From Candidatus Actinomarina sp. (GTDB lineage Bacteria > Actinomycetota > Acidimicrobiia > Actinomarinales > Actinomarinaceae): 64,000 nt of DNA. The stretch's first letter is position 1; each line of letters begins with the position of its first letter. The notes beneath the pieces were generated by a model, which saw only the letters and a program-made list of their open reading frames with translations, made no database searches and was not told where the DNA came from. The DNA lies in NCBI GenBank assembly GCA_016777845.1, contig JADHQS010000001.1:3573-67572 (forward strand). Reading direction: 5' to 3'. Shown here in pieces: positions 13,502-24,690 of this stretch. Made by a program: the position numbers and the translations under genes.

Positions 13502-14118
13502 GTGTTAAATTAGATACCTTAAATACAAAAGAAAACAAAGTTTCAAAAAAACAATATAAATTTGAACCTATTGAAGAAATAAACATTGGCCTTTTACATC
13601 AAGTAGTAAAGGGAAGTAGAACAAACTTCAGAAATAACACTGCTTCAGTTAAAACTAGGGCTCAAGTTTCTGGTACTGGTGCAAAACCTTGGGCTCAAAA
13701 AGGAACAGGACGTGCACGTCAAGGTTCTTTAAGATCTCCACAATTTGTTGGTGGTGGTGTTGCTCATGGTCCTGGAACTAGGGTGTATAAAGACAGGACA
13801 CCAAAAAAAATGAAAAGCAAGGCATTAGCAATGGCGATTTCTCAAAGAATTTCAGAAGAATCAGTTTTTGTAATTGATGGGAATGGTATAGATTCTCCAT
13901 CTACTAAATTAGCTGCTTCAGCTTTAAAAGAATTTGATATTAAAAGAAGCTTTACATTGGTTTATTCTGATGAGGACGAAGTTTTATTCAAGTCATTCAG
14001 AAACTTGGAAGATTCAAAATTAGTTTCTGTAAGCAAAGTTGCTGCAATTGACATCATATCAACCGATGATACAATTTTTTCTGCAAACGCTATCACAAAA
14101 TATTTAGGGGATGAATAA
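13498..14118 (+). CDS. rplD: 50S ribosomal protein L4
   Basis: KPWAQKGTGRARQGS. Confidence 0.99.
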   Translation: MSVKLDTLNTKENKVSKKQYKFEPIEEINIGLLHQVVKGSRTNFRNNTASVKTRAQVSGTGAKPWAQKGTGRARQGSLRSPQFVGGGVAHGPGTRVYKDRTPKKMKSKALAMAISQRISEESVFVIDGNGIDSPSTKLAASALKEFDIKRSFTLVYSDEDEVLFKSFRNLEDSKLVSVSKVAAIDIISTDDTIFSANAITKYLGDE

Positions 14119-14405
14119 TGAAATACCTTGAAGATGTATTGATTGCACCTGTGATTTCTGAAAAGTCTTATGATAGAATTTCTAACTCAAATTCTTATAC
14201 ATTTTTTGTTCACCCAAAAACCGATAAGCCTCAAATCAAAAAAGCTGTTGAACAAATGTTTGATGTGAACGTACTCAGAGTTAACACAATGTACCGCAAA
14301 GGTAAGAAGAAAAGATTTGGATATGTTTTTGGCCAGCAAAGTACTAGAAAAATAGCTATAGTTACGCTTTCTGAAGGTGAAACTATTGAGGCTTTTGGAG
14401 TTTAA
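14118..14405 (+). CDS. rplW: 50S ribosomal protein L23
   Basis: [16 protein letters not shown]; operon order. Confidence 0.98.
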   Translation: MKYLEDVLIAPVISEKSYDRISNSNSYTFFVHPKTDKPQIKKAVEQMFDVNVLRVNTMYRKGKKKRFGYVFGQQSTRKIAIVTLSEGETIEAFGV

Positions 14406-14407
14406 TT

Positions 14408-15241
14408 ATGGGTTCAAAAAAAATTAGACCAGTAACTCCAGGAATGAGAGGACAGGTTTCAACAGACTTTAAAGATATTACAAAAAAGAAGCCTGAAAAA
14501 TCGTTGCTACAGTCTAAAAAATCTTCTGGTGGAAGAAATAATAAGGGTCGAATTACATCTCGCCATAGAGGCGGAGGACATAAACAGAAATATAGAATTA
14601 TAGATTTTAAGAGGATTAAAGATGGGATTCCAGCTAGAGTAGCTGGAATAGAATATGATCCAAACAGAAATGCAAGAATAGCACTTCTTCATTATGTCGA
14701 TGGTGAAAAAGCTTACATCATCGCTCCAGATGGCGTTAAGGTTGATTCAATTATCGAGTCAGGTTCTAAAGCAGATATAAAAGATGGAAACTGTCTTCCA
14801 TTGAGAAATATTCCTGCTGGTACATTTGTTCATGCAGTTGAGTTAAGACCTGGTGGGGGAGCTAAAATGGCTCGATCAGCAGGATCTTCTGTGCAGTTAA
14901 TGAGCAAAGAAGGCGACACAGCATTATTAAGACTTCCATCTGGTGAAATGAGAAATGTTCCTATGGACTGCAGAGCAACTGTCGGCACCGTCGGTAATGC
15001 AGAGGCAGAATTAACAAAGTTAGGAAAAGCTGGACGAAATAGATGGAAAGGTGTTAGGCCACAGACTAGAGGTGTTGCTATGAACCCAGTTGACCACCCA
15101 CTTGGCGGTGGAGAAGGTAAATCTTCTGGAGGCCGTGTTCCTGTAAGCCCATGGGGAAAACCAGAGAAGAAGACTAGAAAGAAAAATAAATACAGTAAAA
15201 AGTCAATTGTTAGAGGTAGATCTCAAAAGGGAAGAAACTAA
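14408..15241 (+). CDS. rplB: 50S ribosomal protein L2
   Basis: [20 protein letters not shown]. Confidence 0.99.
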   Translation: MGSKKIRPVTPGMRGQVSTDFKDITKKKPEKSLLQSKKSSGGRNNKGRITSRHRGGGHKQKYRIIDFKRIKDGIPARVAGIEYDPNRNARIALLHYVDGEKAYIIAPDGVKVDSIIESGSKADIKDGNCLPLRNIPAGTFVHAVELRPGGGAKMARSAGSSVQLMSKEGDTALLRLPSGEMRNVPMDCRATVGTVGNAEAELTKLGKAGRNRWKGVRPQTRGVAMNPVDHPLGGGEGKSSGGRVPVSPWGKPEKKTRKKNKYSKKSIVRGRSQKGRN

Positions 15242-15242
15242 T

Positions 15243-15506
15243 ATGTCAAGAAGTTTAAGAAAAGGACCATTTGTTGACGAGCATCTTCTAAAAAAAGTAG
15301 AAGAAGCTCAAAATACTGGCAACAAGGGAGTCATAAGGACTTGGAGTCGTCGCTCAACTGTTGTTCCTGAAATGGTTGGTTTAACAATAGCTGTACATAA
15401 CGGAAGACAACATTTACCAGTATTTATAACAGAAGCAATGGTTGGTCACAAACTTGGAGAGTTTTCACCAACCAGAACATTTAAAGGGCATCCAGGACAA
15501 AGCTAA
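15243..15506 (+). CDS. rpsS: 30S ribosomal protein S19
   Basis: [23 protein letters not shown]; start moved to ATG 15243. Confidence 0.98.
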   Translation: MSRSLRKGPFVDEHLLKKVEEAQNTGNKGVIRTWSRRSTVVPEMVGLTIAVHNGRQHLPVFITEAMVGHKLGEFSPTRTFKGHPGQS

Positions 15507-15853
15507 TGGAAAAAACAACAGTAAAAGCACAAAGTAAATATTTAAGGCAATCTCCTTATAAAATGAGACTTGTTTTAAATCTCATTAGAGGGCTTAATGT
15601 TCAAGATGCTTTAAATGTATTAACTTTTACAAAAAGAAAAGCAGCAACTGAAATAAAACAGCTCCTCGAAAGTGCGATCGCAAATGCTGAAGCAAACTAT
15701 AATTTAAATTCGTCTGATTTATATATTTCAAAAGCAATTGCTAATGAAGGGCCAACACTAAAAAGATTTAGACCACGTGCAAGAGGTAGAGCTGGAAGAA
15801 TCAATAAAAGAACTACCCATTTACTAATTGAGTTAGAAAGTGTGGGTGAGTAA
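15506..15853 (+). CDS. rplV: 50S ribosomal protein L22
   Basis: [18 protein letters not shown]. Confidence 0.99.
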   Translation: MEKTTVKAQSKYLRQSPYKMRLVLNLIRGLNVQDALNVLTFTKRKAATEIKQLLESAIANAEANYNLNSSDLYISKAIANEGPTLKRFRPRARGRAGRINKRTTHLLIELESVGE

Positions 15854-16752
15854 TGGGTCAAAAAACACATCCATACGCATTTAGAATTGGTATTGTAAAC
15901 GACTGGAAATCTCGTTGGTTTAACAGCAAAGATTACAAAGACTTAGTTAATCAAGATTATCAAATTAGAGATTTTCTATCACGACAGCTTCCTAAGGCTG
16001 CTGTCTCTCGTATCGACATTGAAAGAAGAGACAAAGGTGGAACATTGACTGTAGACATACATACAGCTAGACCAGGAGTTGTAATAGGCCGAAAAGGTGT
16101 TGAAGCAGACAGGTTAAGAAAAGGTATTGAAAAGCTATCTAAGCAGCCAGTAAAGCTAAATATTATAGAAATAAGAGAAGCAGAATTAGACGCCCAACTT
16201 TTAGCTAGAGGAATAGCAGACCAATTAGAAAACAGAGTAGCTTTTAGAAGAGCTATGAAAAGAGCTGTTACTGCTGCATTAAAAGCTGGTGCTGAAGGTG
16301 TCAGAGTTGAATGTTCAGGGAGACTCGGTGGAGCAGAAATGGGAAGAAGAGAATGGTATAGAGAAGGAAGAGTGCCTCTACACACATTACGTGCCGATAT
16401 AGATTTTGGAAGAGCAGCAGCACACACTACAGTCGGAGCAATAGGTGTAAAAGTTTGGGTTTATAAAGGCGATGTTGTTGGTTCAAACAAGCTTAGACAA
16501 GAAAAAATATCTGCGGAAGCAAACCTAGCTAGTGGCGGTCCAGCAGCTGGAAGAGTTAAATCAGTTAAATCAAGAGCGGAAGCTGCTGTTGGTGAAAAGA
16601 AAGATTCAAAAATTCTAGAAGCTGGCGGAGGTAAAAAAGCTAATGAGGAACAAGCATCAAAGATAGTTGAAGCTGGTGGAGGTAAAAAAATTACCAAAGA
16701 AGAAGCTCAAGCAAAGTTTGAAGAAGAAAAATCAATTTTAGAAGAAGAGTAA
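15853..16752 (+). CDS. rpsC: 30S ribosomal protein S3 with C-terminal extension
   Basis: [17 protein letters not shown]. Confidence 0.99.
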   Translation: MGQKTHPYAFRIGIVNDWKSRWFNSKDYKDLVNQDYQIRDFLSRQLPKAAVSRIDIERRDKGGTLTVDIHTARPGVVIGRKGVEADRLRKGIEKLSKQPVKLNIIEIREAELDAQLLARGIADQLENRVAFRRAMKRAVTAALKAGAEGVRVECSGRLGGAEMGRREWYREGRVPLHTLRADIDFGRAAAHTTVGAIGVKVWVYKGDVVGSNKLRQEKISAEANLASGGPAAGRVKSVKSRAEAAVGEKKDSKILEAGGGKKANEEQASKIVEAGGGKKITKEEAQAKFEEEKSILEEE

Positions 16753-16756
16753 AAAT

Positions 16757-17170
16757 ATGTTAATGCCAAAAAAAACAAAATATAGAAAGTCTTTTCGAGG
16801 AAGAAGAAAAGGGAACTCAAAAGGTGGAAATCTTGTTTTCTTTGGTGATTTTGGTTTGCAAGCAGTAGAAACTTCTTACGTTACTGGAAGACAAATAGAA
16901 GCTGCAAGAATTACAATAACACGAACCATGAAACGTGGTGGTAAGGTATGGATTAATATATTTCCTCATAAACCTATTACAAAAAAACCTGCAGAAGTAA
17001 GAATGGGATCTGGTAAAGGTAATGTTGAATATTATGTTGCTGTAGTAAAGCCTGGCCGTATACTCTTTGAAATATCCGGTGTGCCAGAGGATGTTGCTCG
17101 TGAAGCAATGAGAAAAGCAGGTCATAAATTGCCTATGAAAACTAAATTTGTTACGAGGGTTAACGTATGA
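16757..17170 (+). CDS. rplP: 50S ribosomal protein L16
   Basis: QIEAAR, RMGSGKG. Confidence 0.99.
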   Translation: MLMPKKTKYRKSFRGRRKGNSKGGNLVFFGDFGLQAVETSYVTGRQIEAARITITRTMKRGGKVWINIFPHKPITKKPAEVRMGSGKGNVEYYVAVVKPGRILFEISGVPEDVAREAMRKAGHKLPMKTKFVTRVNV

Positions 17171-17379
17171 GTGTTAATGACCTAAGAGAACTTTCTGTTC
17201 AAGAATTAGAAAATAAAATAGTTGATTTAAAAAAAGAACTTATGGATTCAAGATTTGCACTTGCAACAAGCCAGATTGAAGACACTTCTGTTTTTAAAAA
17301 AATTAAAAAGGAGATTGCACAAGCAAACACAATTTTAACTGAAAAACAAAATGAACTAAATAATGAGGTAACTGAATAA
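17167..17379 (+). CDS. rpmC: 50S ribosomal protein L29
   Basis: [19 protein letters not shown]; operon order. Confidence 0.96.
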   Translation: MSVNDLRELSVQELENKIVDLKKELMDSRFALATSQIEDTSVFKKIKKEIAQANTILTEKQNELNNEVTE

Positions 17380-17642
17380 TGGAAAATATGGAAAGATCAT
17401 CAAGAAAAGTAAGGACTGGAATAGTGGTTTCTGATGCTCGTGAAAAAACCGTTACAGTTGCAATAGAACTTCAATTTCCTCATCCAAAATATAAAAAAAT
17501 TGTTAAAAAGACTAGAAAACTACATGCTCATGATGAAAGTTTCGAAGCAAAAGTTGGCGATACAGTCAAAATAATGGAAACTAAACCATTTTCTAAAACA
17601 AAAAAATGGCGTGTTACTGAAGTAGTGGAGAGGGCAAGATGA
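17379..17642 (+). CDS. rpsQ: 30S ribosomal protein S17
   Basis: HPKYKK, AHDE, SKTKKW. Confidence 0.99.
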   Translation: MENMERSSRKVRTGIVVSDAREKTVTVAIELQFPHPKYKKIVKKTRKLHAHDESFEAKVGDTVKIMETKPFSKTKKWRVTEVVERAR

Positions 17643-18007
17643 TTCAAAAAGAATCTAGGCTTAAAGTTGCTGACAACTCTGGTGCAAAAGAAGTACTCTG
17701 TATCAAAGTTAAAGGAAGCTCTCGAATTAGATATGCTGGACTAGGAGATACATTTGTTGCAACAGTTAAAGATGCTATTCCTGGTGGTCAAATCAAAAAA
17801 GGTGACATAGTTCAAGCTGTTGTTGTTAGGACTAAGAAGGAAACAAGAAGAAAAGATGGTACATATATACGTTTTGACGAAAATGCATGTGTAATTATTA
17901 ACGAGCAAGAGCAACCACGAGGTACAAGAATTTTTGGACCAGTTGGTAGAGAATTAAGAGAAAAAAAGTTTATGAGAATAGTTTCTTTAGCTCCGGAGGT
18001 TTTGTAA
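17639..18007 (+). CDS. rplN: 50S ribosomal protein L14
   Basis: [15 protein letters not shown]. Confidence 0.99.
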   Translation: MIQKESRLKVADNSGAKEVLCIKVKGSSRIRYAGLGDTFVATVKDAIPGGQIKKGDIVQAVVVRTKKETRRKDGTYIRFDENACVIINEQEQPRGTRIFGPVGRELREKKFMRIVSLAPEVL

Positions 18008-18309
18008 TGAAAATTCAAAAAGGAGACATGGTAAAGGTAATATCTGGAAAAGATGCTGGAAAAGAAGGCAAAGTTTTAAAAGCATTTCCAAAAAAAGGAA
18101 CCGTCCTAGTTGAAGGTGTTAATGTAAATAAAAAACATCAAAAACCACAAGGTCAAACAATGCAAGGTGGGGTTATTGATAAAAGTATGCCAATAAACGT
18201 CTCTAATGTTGCATTAGTTGTAAAAAAGAAATCGGGACGAGTTGGTTATAAGTTTGATAAGAATGGCAAGAAATACAGAATATTAGCTCAAACAGGTGAT
18301 GAAGTATGA
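18007..18309 (+). CDS. rplX: 50S ribosomal protein L24
   Basis: KOW motif GDMVKVISGKDAGKEG. Confidence 0.99.
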   Translation: MKIQKGDMVKVISGKDAGKEGKVLKAFPKKGTVLVEGVNVNKKHQKPQGQTMQGGVIDKSMPINVSNVALVVKKKSGRVGYKFDKNGKKYRILAQTGDEV

Positions 18310-18851
18310 TTCCTAGATTAAAAGAACAATTTAACACCGAACTAAAGAAAAAAATTATGTCTGAACTTCAATTGGGTAATGTAAATGAAATACCTAGTCT
18401 TGAAAAAATAATCATTAACATTGGTGATGGGAAAGCAGCTACTGATGGTAGAGCACTTGAATCAATGGTTGATGAATTAACCGCAATTTCTGGACAAAAA
18501 CCAGTCATAAGAAGAGCAAAAAAATCAATTGCTGGATTCAAAATTAGAGAAGGAATGCCGATTGGCACATCTGTTACCTTAAGAGGTGACAGAATGTGGG
18601 AATTTTATGATAGGTTTGTACAAGTTGTTGTACCAAGAATTCGTGACTTTAGAGGTTTCAGTAAAAAATCGTTTGATGGAAACGGAAATTATACACTTGG
18701 ATTAAATGAACAGTTAGTTTTTCCTGAAGTTGAGTATGACAAAGTTAGAGATATCAGAGGAATGAACATTACAATTTGTACTTCTGCTAACGATAACGAA
18801 AAAGGTTATGTATTATTACAATCGCTAGGATTTCCATTTAGGGAGAATTAA
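18306..18851 (+). CDS. rplE: 50S ribosomal protein L5
   Basis: [19 protein letters not shown]. Confidence 0.99.
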   Translation: MIPRLKEQFNTELKKKIMSELQLGNVNEIPSLEKIIINIGDGKAATDGRALESMVDELTAISGQKPVIRRAKKSIAGFKIREGMPIGTSVTLRGDRMWEFYDRFVQVVVPRIRDFRGFSKKSFDGNGNYTLGLNEQLVFPEVEYDKVRDIRGMNITICTSANDNEKGYVLLQSLGFPFREN

Positions 18852-18853
18852 TT

Positions 18854-19159
18854 ATGGCAAAAACAAGCAAAATAGTTAAAAATAATCAAAGGAAGAGAGC
18901 AATCTCTACCTATGCTGAAAGACGTCAAGAGTTACTTAAGATTATTAAAGATCCTGATACTTCATATGATGAAAAGCGCGAAGCTCAAAAAAAGATTGCA
19001 AAAATGCCTAGAGATGCCTCTGCTACAAGACATCGTAATCGATGCGAAGTAACTGGTAGACCTAGAGGTACCCTCAGAAAATTCGGTATGTCAAGAAATA
19101 CATTCAGAGATTTGGCACTAAAAGGTGAGTTGCCTGGCATAAAGAAAGCTTCCTGGTAA
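18854..19159 (+). CDS. rpsN: 30S ribosomal protein S14, long Zn-independent (C-) type
   Basis: 101 aa, [29 protein letters not shown]; only one Cys. Confidence 0.98.
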   Translation: MAKTSKIVKNNQRKRAISTYAERRQELLKIIKDPDTSYDEKREAQKKIAKMPRDASATRHRNRCEVTGRPRGTLRKFGMSRNTFRDLALKGELPGIKKASW

Positions 19160-19161
19160 AA

Positions 19162-19560
19162 ATGAATTCAGACCCAATTTCAGATTTTCTTACAAGAATA
19201 AGAAATGCATCAATGGTTAGTAAACCATCTGTTTCCGTTCCTCATTCGAAGTTCAAACTAGAACTTTCTAAACTTTTAAAGGATGAAGGATATATAAGCG
19301 AAGTTAAAGTTTCTGGAGATGGTTCTGATAAACAAATAGAAATAGATTTAAAGTATTCTGAAAGCGGTTCACCGGTTTTAGCTGGATTAAACAGGCTTAG
19401 TAAACCAGGAAGAAGGCTTTACGTAGGTTCTGATTCACTACCAAGAAATAATGGTGGATTAGGAACTGTTATAGTTTCAACTTCAAGAGGTTTATTACCT
19501 GATTCTGAAGCTCGAAAAAGAAAACTTGGTGGAGAATTAATTTGTGAGGTTTGGTCATGA
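19162..19560 (+). CDS. rpsH: 30S ribosomal protein S8
   Basis: DPISDFLTRIRNA, SKPGRRLY. Confidence 0.99.
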   Translation: MNSDPISDFLTRIRNASMVSKPSVSVPHSKFKLELSKLLKDEGYISEVKVSGDGSDKQIEIDLKYSESGSPVLAGLNRLSKPGRRLYVGSDSLPRNNGGLGTVIVSTSRGLLPDSEARKRKLGGELICEVWS

Positions 19561-20108
19561 GCAGGATAGGAAGTAAAGCAATTGAAATACCTGAAAAAGT
19601 AGAATTAAAAATCGATAGTAATTTAATAACTGTTAAGGGCCCAAAAGGTGAGCTTACGGTTGAAATTGTTGATGACAGAATAAATTATGAAATTAATGAA
19701 AACATTTTAAATTTTTCTAGAAGTTCTGAAGTTGCTGAAGTTAGAAGCCTTCATGGATTATATAGATCTTTAATCGCAAACAATATTCAAGGCGTTTTGG
19801 AAGGCTTTAAGAAGACTTTATTATTAAAAGGTGTTGGACATAGAGCAACTTTGAAAGGTAGTGATATTGAGATTCTTTGTGGATTTTCACATCCTGTAAT
19901 TTTCAAAAAGGTTGAAGGTATTAATTTCGAAGTGCCAGATCAAAATACGATAATTGTCTCTGGAATCGACAAGGCACTTGTTGGACAAGTATCAGCGAAC
20001 ATTAGAGCTATTAAACCACCTGAGCCATACAAGGGTAAAGGCATTAGGTATGAAGATGAATATGTTAGAAGAAAAGCAGGTAAAGCTGCAGCAACAGCTG
20101 GAGCATAA
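19557..20108 (+). CDS. rplF: 50S ribosomal protein L6
   Basis: MSRIG, PEPYKGKGIRY; ATGA overlap with rpsH. Confidence 0.99.
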   Translation: MSRIGSKAIEIPEKVELKIDSNLITVKGPKGELTVEIVDDRINYEINENILNFSRSSEVAEVRSLHGLYRSLIANNIQGVLEGFKKTLLLKGVGHRATLKGSDIEILCGFSHPVIFKKVEGINFEVPDQNTIIVSGIDKALVGQVSANIRAIKPPEPYKGKGIRYEDEYVRRKAGKAAATAGA

Positions 20109-20117
20109 AAAAATATT

Positions 20118-20465
20118 ATGAGAGTTAAAGACAGAAGACAACACAGAAAAATACGAATTAGAAAAAAAATTAATGGCACGGCTTCTGTTCCACGTCTTGC
20201 TGTTTTTAAAAGTAATTACAATATATATGTTCAGGCTATAGATGATTTAAATCAAGTAACAATAGCATCAGCAAGCACACTTTCAAAAGAAATTAAATCC
20301 AAAAACCTATCAGTTGATTCCTCAAAAGAGGTAGGAGAACTTATGGGTAAAAAGTTAAATGAACTTAATATTTCAAAAGCAGTTTTTGATAGAGGTGGTT
20401 ATGTATATCACGGTAGAGTTAAATCTTTAGCAGATGGAATTAGAGAAAAAGGGATTGAATTTTAA
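20118..20465 (+). CDS. rplR: 50S ribosomal protein L18
   Basis: [21 protein letters not shown]. Confidence 0.99.
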   Translation: MRVKDRRQHRKIRIRKKINGTASVPRLAVFKSNYNIYVQAIDDLNQVTIASASTLSKEIKSKNLSVDSSKEVGELMGKKLNELNISKAVFDRGGYVYHGRVKSLADGIREKGIEF

Positions 20466-21016
20466 TGGCTGAACTAGAACTCCAAGAAAGTGTAATTCAC
20501 ATTAACAGAGTCGCCAAAGTTGTAAAAGGTGGAAGAAACTTTGCATTTACTGCCCTTGTAGCAGTTGGCGACGGAAATGGAAGGGCTGGAATTGGTTATG
20601 GTAAAGGTTCTGAAGTTCCATTAGCTATTCAAAAAGCTATAGAAAATGCTAAAAAAAACATTCAAGATATTCCAATGGCAGGTTCAACAATTGTTCATAC
20701 CATAATTGGAAAGCATGGATCTTCCAAGGTTCTTCTAAAGCCAGCAGCTCCTGGTACAGGAGTTATTGCAGGAGGTGCAGCTAGACAGGTACTTGAAGTT
20801 GCAGGTGTTAAAGACATACTTGCAAAATCTTTAGGTTCACCAACTCATCTCAATGTTGCCAAAGCAACAATCAATGGCTTGTTAAATCAAAGAACACCAG
20901 ACATAGTTGCTGGACTTAGGGGTAAAAAACCATCCGAGGTAGCACCAGCTGGTTTAGTTCAAGCATATGAAAAAACTAAAGCTGAAAAAAAAGTAAAGGC
21001 AGTAGATGAAAGTTAA
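20465..21016 (+). CDS. rpsE: 30S ribosomal protein S5
   Basis: [18 protein letters not shown]. Confidence 0.99.
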   Translation: MAELELQESVIHINRVAKVVKGGRNFAFTALVAVGDGNGRAGIGYGKGSEVPLAIQKAIENAKKNIQDIPMAGSTIVHTIIGKHGSSKVLLKPAAPGTGVIAGGAARQVLEVAGVKDILAKSLGSPTHLNVAKATINGLLNQRTPDIVAGLRGKKPSEVAPAGLVQAYEKTKAEKKVKAVDES

Positions 21017-21185
21017 AATTACTTTAAAAAGAAGCTTAATTGGGCAAAAACAAAAAGCTCGAGAGACTGTAAGGAGCTTAGGTCTTAAGAAAATTAATTC
21101 TTCAACCGAAAGAGAACTCAACCCAATGATTGAAGGTATGCTTCACAAAATTAGACATTTAGTAGAAATAGAAGAGATTAAATAA
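21006..21185 (+). CDS. rpmD: 50S ribosomal protein L30 (59 aa, absent from ORF track)
   Basis: Manual translation [32 protein letters not shown]...[16 protein letters not shown] between rpsE and rplO. Confidence 0.97.
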   Translation: MKVKITLKRSLIGQKQKARETVRSLGLKKINSSTERELNPMIEGMLHKIRHLVEIEEIK

Positions 21186-21186
21186 A

Positions 21187-21636
21187 ATGAAAAAACTAAG
21201 ATTTCATCATTTGAAACCAACCCCTGGATCTACAAAACAAAAATTAAGAAAAGGTAGAGGAGAGTCAGGTAAAAGAGGGAAAACTGCAGGTCGAGGTACT
21301 AAGGGTACAGGTGCAAGAAAAACAGTACCAGCATATTTTGAGGGAGGTCAGATACCTCTATATAGACGTATTCCTAAAGTGAGGGGCATTGGTAATCCTG
21401 CAAAAATGGCATATGTTGTTGTCAATGTCAGCGAATTAGAAGAAAAAAATTTAGTAGGTGAAGTCACTCCTGATACATTAAGAGAGATGGGGCTAACTAG
21501 AAAAAAAGGTTTGGTAAAAATATTAGGTGATGGTCAAATCACCAAAAAAATAGATTTGAAAGTTCATGCTATAAGTGAAGTTGCTAAAAGCAAAATTGAA
21601 AGTGCTGGCGGTACTGTAGAAATTATTAAAGAGTAA
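21187..21636 (+). CDS. rplO: 50S ribosomal protein L15
   Basis: GKTAGRGTKG, FEGGQIPLYRRIPK. Confidence 0.99.
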   Translation: MKKLRFHHLKPTPGSTKQKLRKGRGESGKRGKTAGRGTKGTGARKTVPAYFEGGQIPLYRRIPKVRGIGNPAKMAYVVVNVSELEEKNLVGEVTPDTLREMGLTRKKGLVKILGDGQITKKIDLKVHAISEVAKSKIESAGGTVEIIKE

Positions 21637-21638
21637 TT

Positions 21639-22952
21639 ATGCAACTATCTATTTTTAGATATATTTTCAAAATTCCAGATTTAAGAAAAAGAATTCTATT
21701 CACTTTATTCATGTTTGCAGTTTATAGATTAGGAGCTGCTGTGCCAGTACCAGGTGTAGATCTTGATGCTGTACAGAGACTTACAGATTCTGGGTCACAG
21801 GCCGGTATCTATGGGTTGCTTAATTTATTTTCTGGTGGAGCATTAGAGACTTTTTCAGTATTTGCTCTTGGAATAATGCCTTACATAACTGCAAGCATTA
21901 TTCTCCAGTTGTTAACTGTTGTAATCCCAAGGTTGCAAAAACTTCAAGAGGAGGGTGAGTCGGGCAGGAAAGTTATCACCCAATGGACAAGATATATTAC
22001 TGTTGTTTTAGCCCTTTTACAATCTACAGCATTAACTTACTTATTTTCTAGAGGAAGTTTAACTGGAGGAATCTCATTGATTCCAAACTATACACCATCT
22101 CGAGTTGGGCTAATAGTCCTAACCATGACTGCTGGTACTGCATTTATTATGTGGATTGGCGAGCTTATTTCTCAACGAGGTGTAGGAAATGGTATGTCTT
22201 TAATAATTTTTGCCAGCATAGTCAGTCAGTTACCATCTCAGTTTGGAAGTTCTTATCAAGTAACAGCTGGACAAGGAAGAGTTGGCCAATTTGTGTTTCT
22301 TATGGTCATGTTCATACTTATGATTGTTGGAATAATTTATGTAGAACAAGGTCAAAGAAGAATTCCTATACAGTTCGCAAAACGAGTTAGAGGAAGAAAA
22401 GTTATGGGTGGTCAAAGCACATATATTCCATTAAAAGTTAATAGTGCTGGAGTTATTCCAGTAATATTTGCAACTAGTATTTTGTTTTTCCCTGCTTTAG
22501 TAGCTACTTCTTTACCGCAAGACAATAATGTTACAGCCGCAATTAGAAATTGGATTGATGTTAATTTAGCTAACTCTCAGGGGACAACTTGGTTTTATGT
22601 TTTCTTTCTTGGTATATTGATAATTTTCTTTACATATTTTTATACAACTATTCAATTTGATCCTGTTCGTCAGTCTGACATGATTAGAAGACAAGGTGGC
22701 TTCGTACCTGGAGTCAGGCCTGGAATTTCTACTACAAATTATCTTTCACATATTATTAACAGAATTACCCTTCCAGGATCAGTGTTTTTAGCTTCAGTTG
22801 CAGTCCTTCCCTCAATAGCATCTGTGATATGGGACATACCTCTTGGATTTAGTGGTATTTCAATTCTTATTACAGTTGGTGTAGCTTTGGAAACTATGAA
22901 GCAAATTGAGAGCCAATTAAGTATGCGAAACTATGAAGGATTTATTGATTGA
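21639..22952 (+). CDS. secY: Preprotein translocase SecY
   Basis: ALGIMPYITASII, GVGNGMSL, multiple TM segments. Confidence 0.99.
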   Translation: MQLSIFRYIFKIPDLRKRILFTLFMFAVYRLGAAVPVPGVDLDAVQRLTDSGSQAGIYGLLNLFSGGALETFSVFALGIMPYITASIILQLLTVVIPRLQKLQEEGESGRKVITQWTRYITVVLALLQSTALTYLFSRGSLTGGISLIPNYTPSRVGLIVLTMTAGTAFIMWIGELISQRGVGNGMSLIIFASIVSQLPSQFGSSYQVTAGQGRVGQFVFLMVMFILMIVGIIYVEQGQRRIPIQFAKRVRGRKVMGGQSTYIPLKVNSAGVIPVIFATSILFFPALVATSLPQDNNVTAAIRNWIDVNLANSQGTTWFYVFFLGILIIFFTYFYTTIQFDPVRQSDMIRRQGGFVPGVRPGISTTNYLSHIINRITLPGSVFLASVAVLPSIASVIWDIPLGFSGISILITVGVALETMKQIESQLSMRNYEGFID

Positions 22953-23509
22953 GCAATTTAGTAATCTTTCTAGGACCGCCTGGTGCTGGAAAAGGGACTC
23001 AAGCAATATCAATAGCTAAAGAAAAAAATCTTGCTCACATATCAACTGGTGACATGCTTCGTGAGCACGTAAGCAACGAAACAGAGCTTGGAAAAATTGC
23101 TAAAACTATACTCGAGGAAGGTAAGCTTGTTCCAGATTCTTTGGTAATTGAGATGTTGCAAGAAAGACTTCTTTCGAGTGATTGTGTTAACGGAGCAATA
23201 CTTGACGGCTTTCCCAGAACAATTGCACAAGCAGAAAGTCTAGACAAAATAAGCGACGGATTTAAAATTTCTAAAGTAATCGTTTTTGAAGCTGATCGTG
23301 ATGAGCTAATTAAAAGAATTTTAAGTAGAGGTGAAACAAGTGGTAGGAGTGATGACACTATAGAGTCCGTAAGTGTCAGACTTGAAGTTTATGAAAAGGA
23401 TACTGCTCCTCTAATTGAATACTATGAAACAAATAATTTAGTTGTAAAGATAAATGCGGTTGGGGAAGTTGAAAATATTTATAATTTAATACTGAAAGAA
23501 TTTACATAA
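22949..23509 (+). CDS. adk: Adenylate kinase, short-LID type
   Basis: GPPGAGKGTQ, LDGFPRT, RSDD. Confidence 0.98.
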   Translation: MSNLVIFLGPPGAGKGTQAISIAKEKNLAHISTGDMLREHVSNETELGKIAKTILEEGKLVPDSLVIEMLQERLLSSDCVNGAILDGFPRTIAQAESLDKISDGFKISKVIVFEADRDELIKRILSRGETSGRSDDTIESVSVRLEVYEKDTAPLIEYYETNNLVVKINAVGEVENIYNLILKEFT

Positions 23510-23512
23510 ATA

Positions 23513-24280
23513 ATGCTTACATATAAAACTTCTGAAGATTTTGAGAAGATGGCAAGAGCAGGCAAAGTAGTTTCAAATATACATTACGAAATTTACAATT
23601 CAACTAAACCTGGAATGACATTCAAAGACCTAGATGATATTGCTAAAAATATTGTAGAAAATTCAAATGTTCAATCAAGTTTTTTTGGTTACGCACCCCC
23701 TGGACACGATCCTTATCCAGCTTATATTTGTTCCTCGCCAAATGACACAATAGTTCATGGGATACCTAACGATACAATCATAAAGGAAGGTGACTTAATT
23801 TCTATAGATGTTGGAGTATCATTTGAGGGTTTTCATGCTGACGCTGCCTTTACTTATGGTGTTGGAGAAATCTCAAGTGAGGACAAGTTTCTAATTGAAA
23901 CCACCAAGCATGCGTTAAATGAAGCAGTAAAACTAGTTAAAGATGGGCAAAAATTAGGAACAATTGGATATAAGATTGACAAAATAGCTACACGAAAAAA
24001 CCTTGGTAATGTAAAAAACTATGTTGGACACGGAATTGGTCAAGAAATGCATGAGGAACCACAGGTACCTCATTATGGTAAAAAAAATACAGGCTTTGAA
24101 TTAAAAACAGGAATGGCTATTTGTATTGAACCTATGTTTAATTTAGGCTCTGAAGAAACAATGGTAGATGAAGACGGATGGACAGTTAAGACAACAGATG
24201 GTCAAAATTCAGCCCATTGGGAACATACAATAGGATTAACTGAGGAAGGGACACGTGTTTTTACAGAAAACTTATTTTAA
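23513..24280 (+). CDS. map: Methionine aminopeptidase type I
   Basis: HGIP, GHGIG..MHEEP, IEPM, SAHWEHT. Confidence 0.98.
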   Translation: MLTYKTSEDFEKMARAGKVVSNIHYEIYNSTKPGMTFKDLDDIAKNIVENSNVQSSFFGYAPPGHDPYPAYICSSPNDTIVHGIPNDTIIKEGDLISIDVGVSFEGFHADAAFTYGVGEISSEDKFLIETTKHALNEAVKLVKDGQKLGTIGYKIDKIATRKNLGNVKNYVGHGIGQEMHEEPQVPHYGKKNTGFELKTGMAICIEPMFNLGSEETMVDEDGWTVKTTDGQNSAHWEHTIGLTEEGTRVFTENLF

Positions 24281-24346
24281 TTTTGTGTTTGTAATAGTTT
24301 CAAATCGCACTAATCTAGTAAATCGGTCACATAATCAAGGCTAATT

Positions 24347-24571
24347 TTGGTAGAAAAAGAAAAAAACATAATTAAAGTTCAAGGAACTGTTATGGAAACT
24401 CTCCCAAATGCCTCTTTTAAGGTCCAACTTGAAAGTGGTGCAGAAATTTTAGCCCATGTGTCTGGAAAAATGAGGATGAGGTACATAAGGATTTTACCTG
24501 GGGATATTGTTGAAATGGAAGTTTCACCATATGATCCCACAAGAGGTAGGATAATTTGGAGACATAAATGA
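24347..24571 (+). CDS. infA: Translation initiation factor IF-1
   Basis: [23 protein letters not shown]. Confidence 0.99.
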   Translation: MVEKEKNIIKVQGTVMETLPNASFKVQLESGAEILAHVSGKMRMRYIRILPGDIVEMEVSPYDPTRGRIIWRHK

Positions 24572-24684
24572 AAGTTAAATCTAGCGTTAAAAAGAGAGGC
24601 CCTAACGATCAAATCGTTAGAAGAAAGGGCAAACTTTACGTAATAAACAAAAAAAATCCTCGTCATAAGCAGAGGCAAGGTTAA
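24568..24684 (+). CDS. rpmJ: 50S ribosomal protein L36, Cys-free form (38 aa, absent from ORF track)
   Basis: Manual translation [42 protein letters not shown] overlap with infA. Confidence 0.97.
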   Translation: MKVKSSVKKRGPNDQIVRRKGKLYVINKKNPRHKQRQG

Positions 24685-24690
24685 GTTTTA

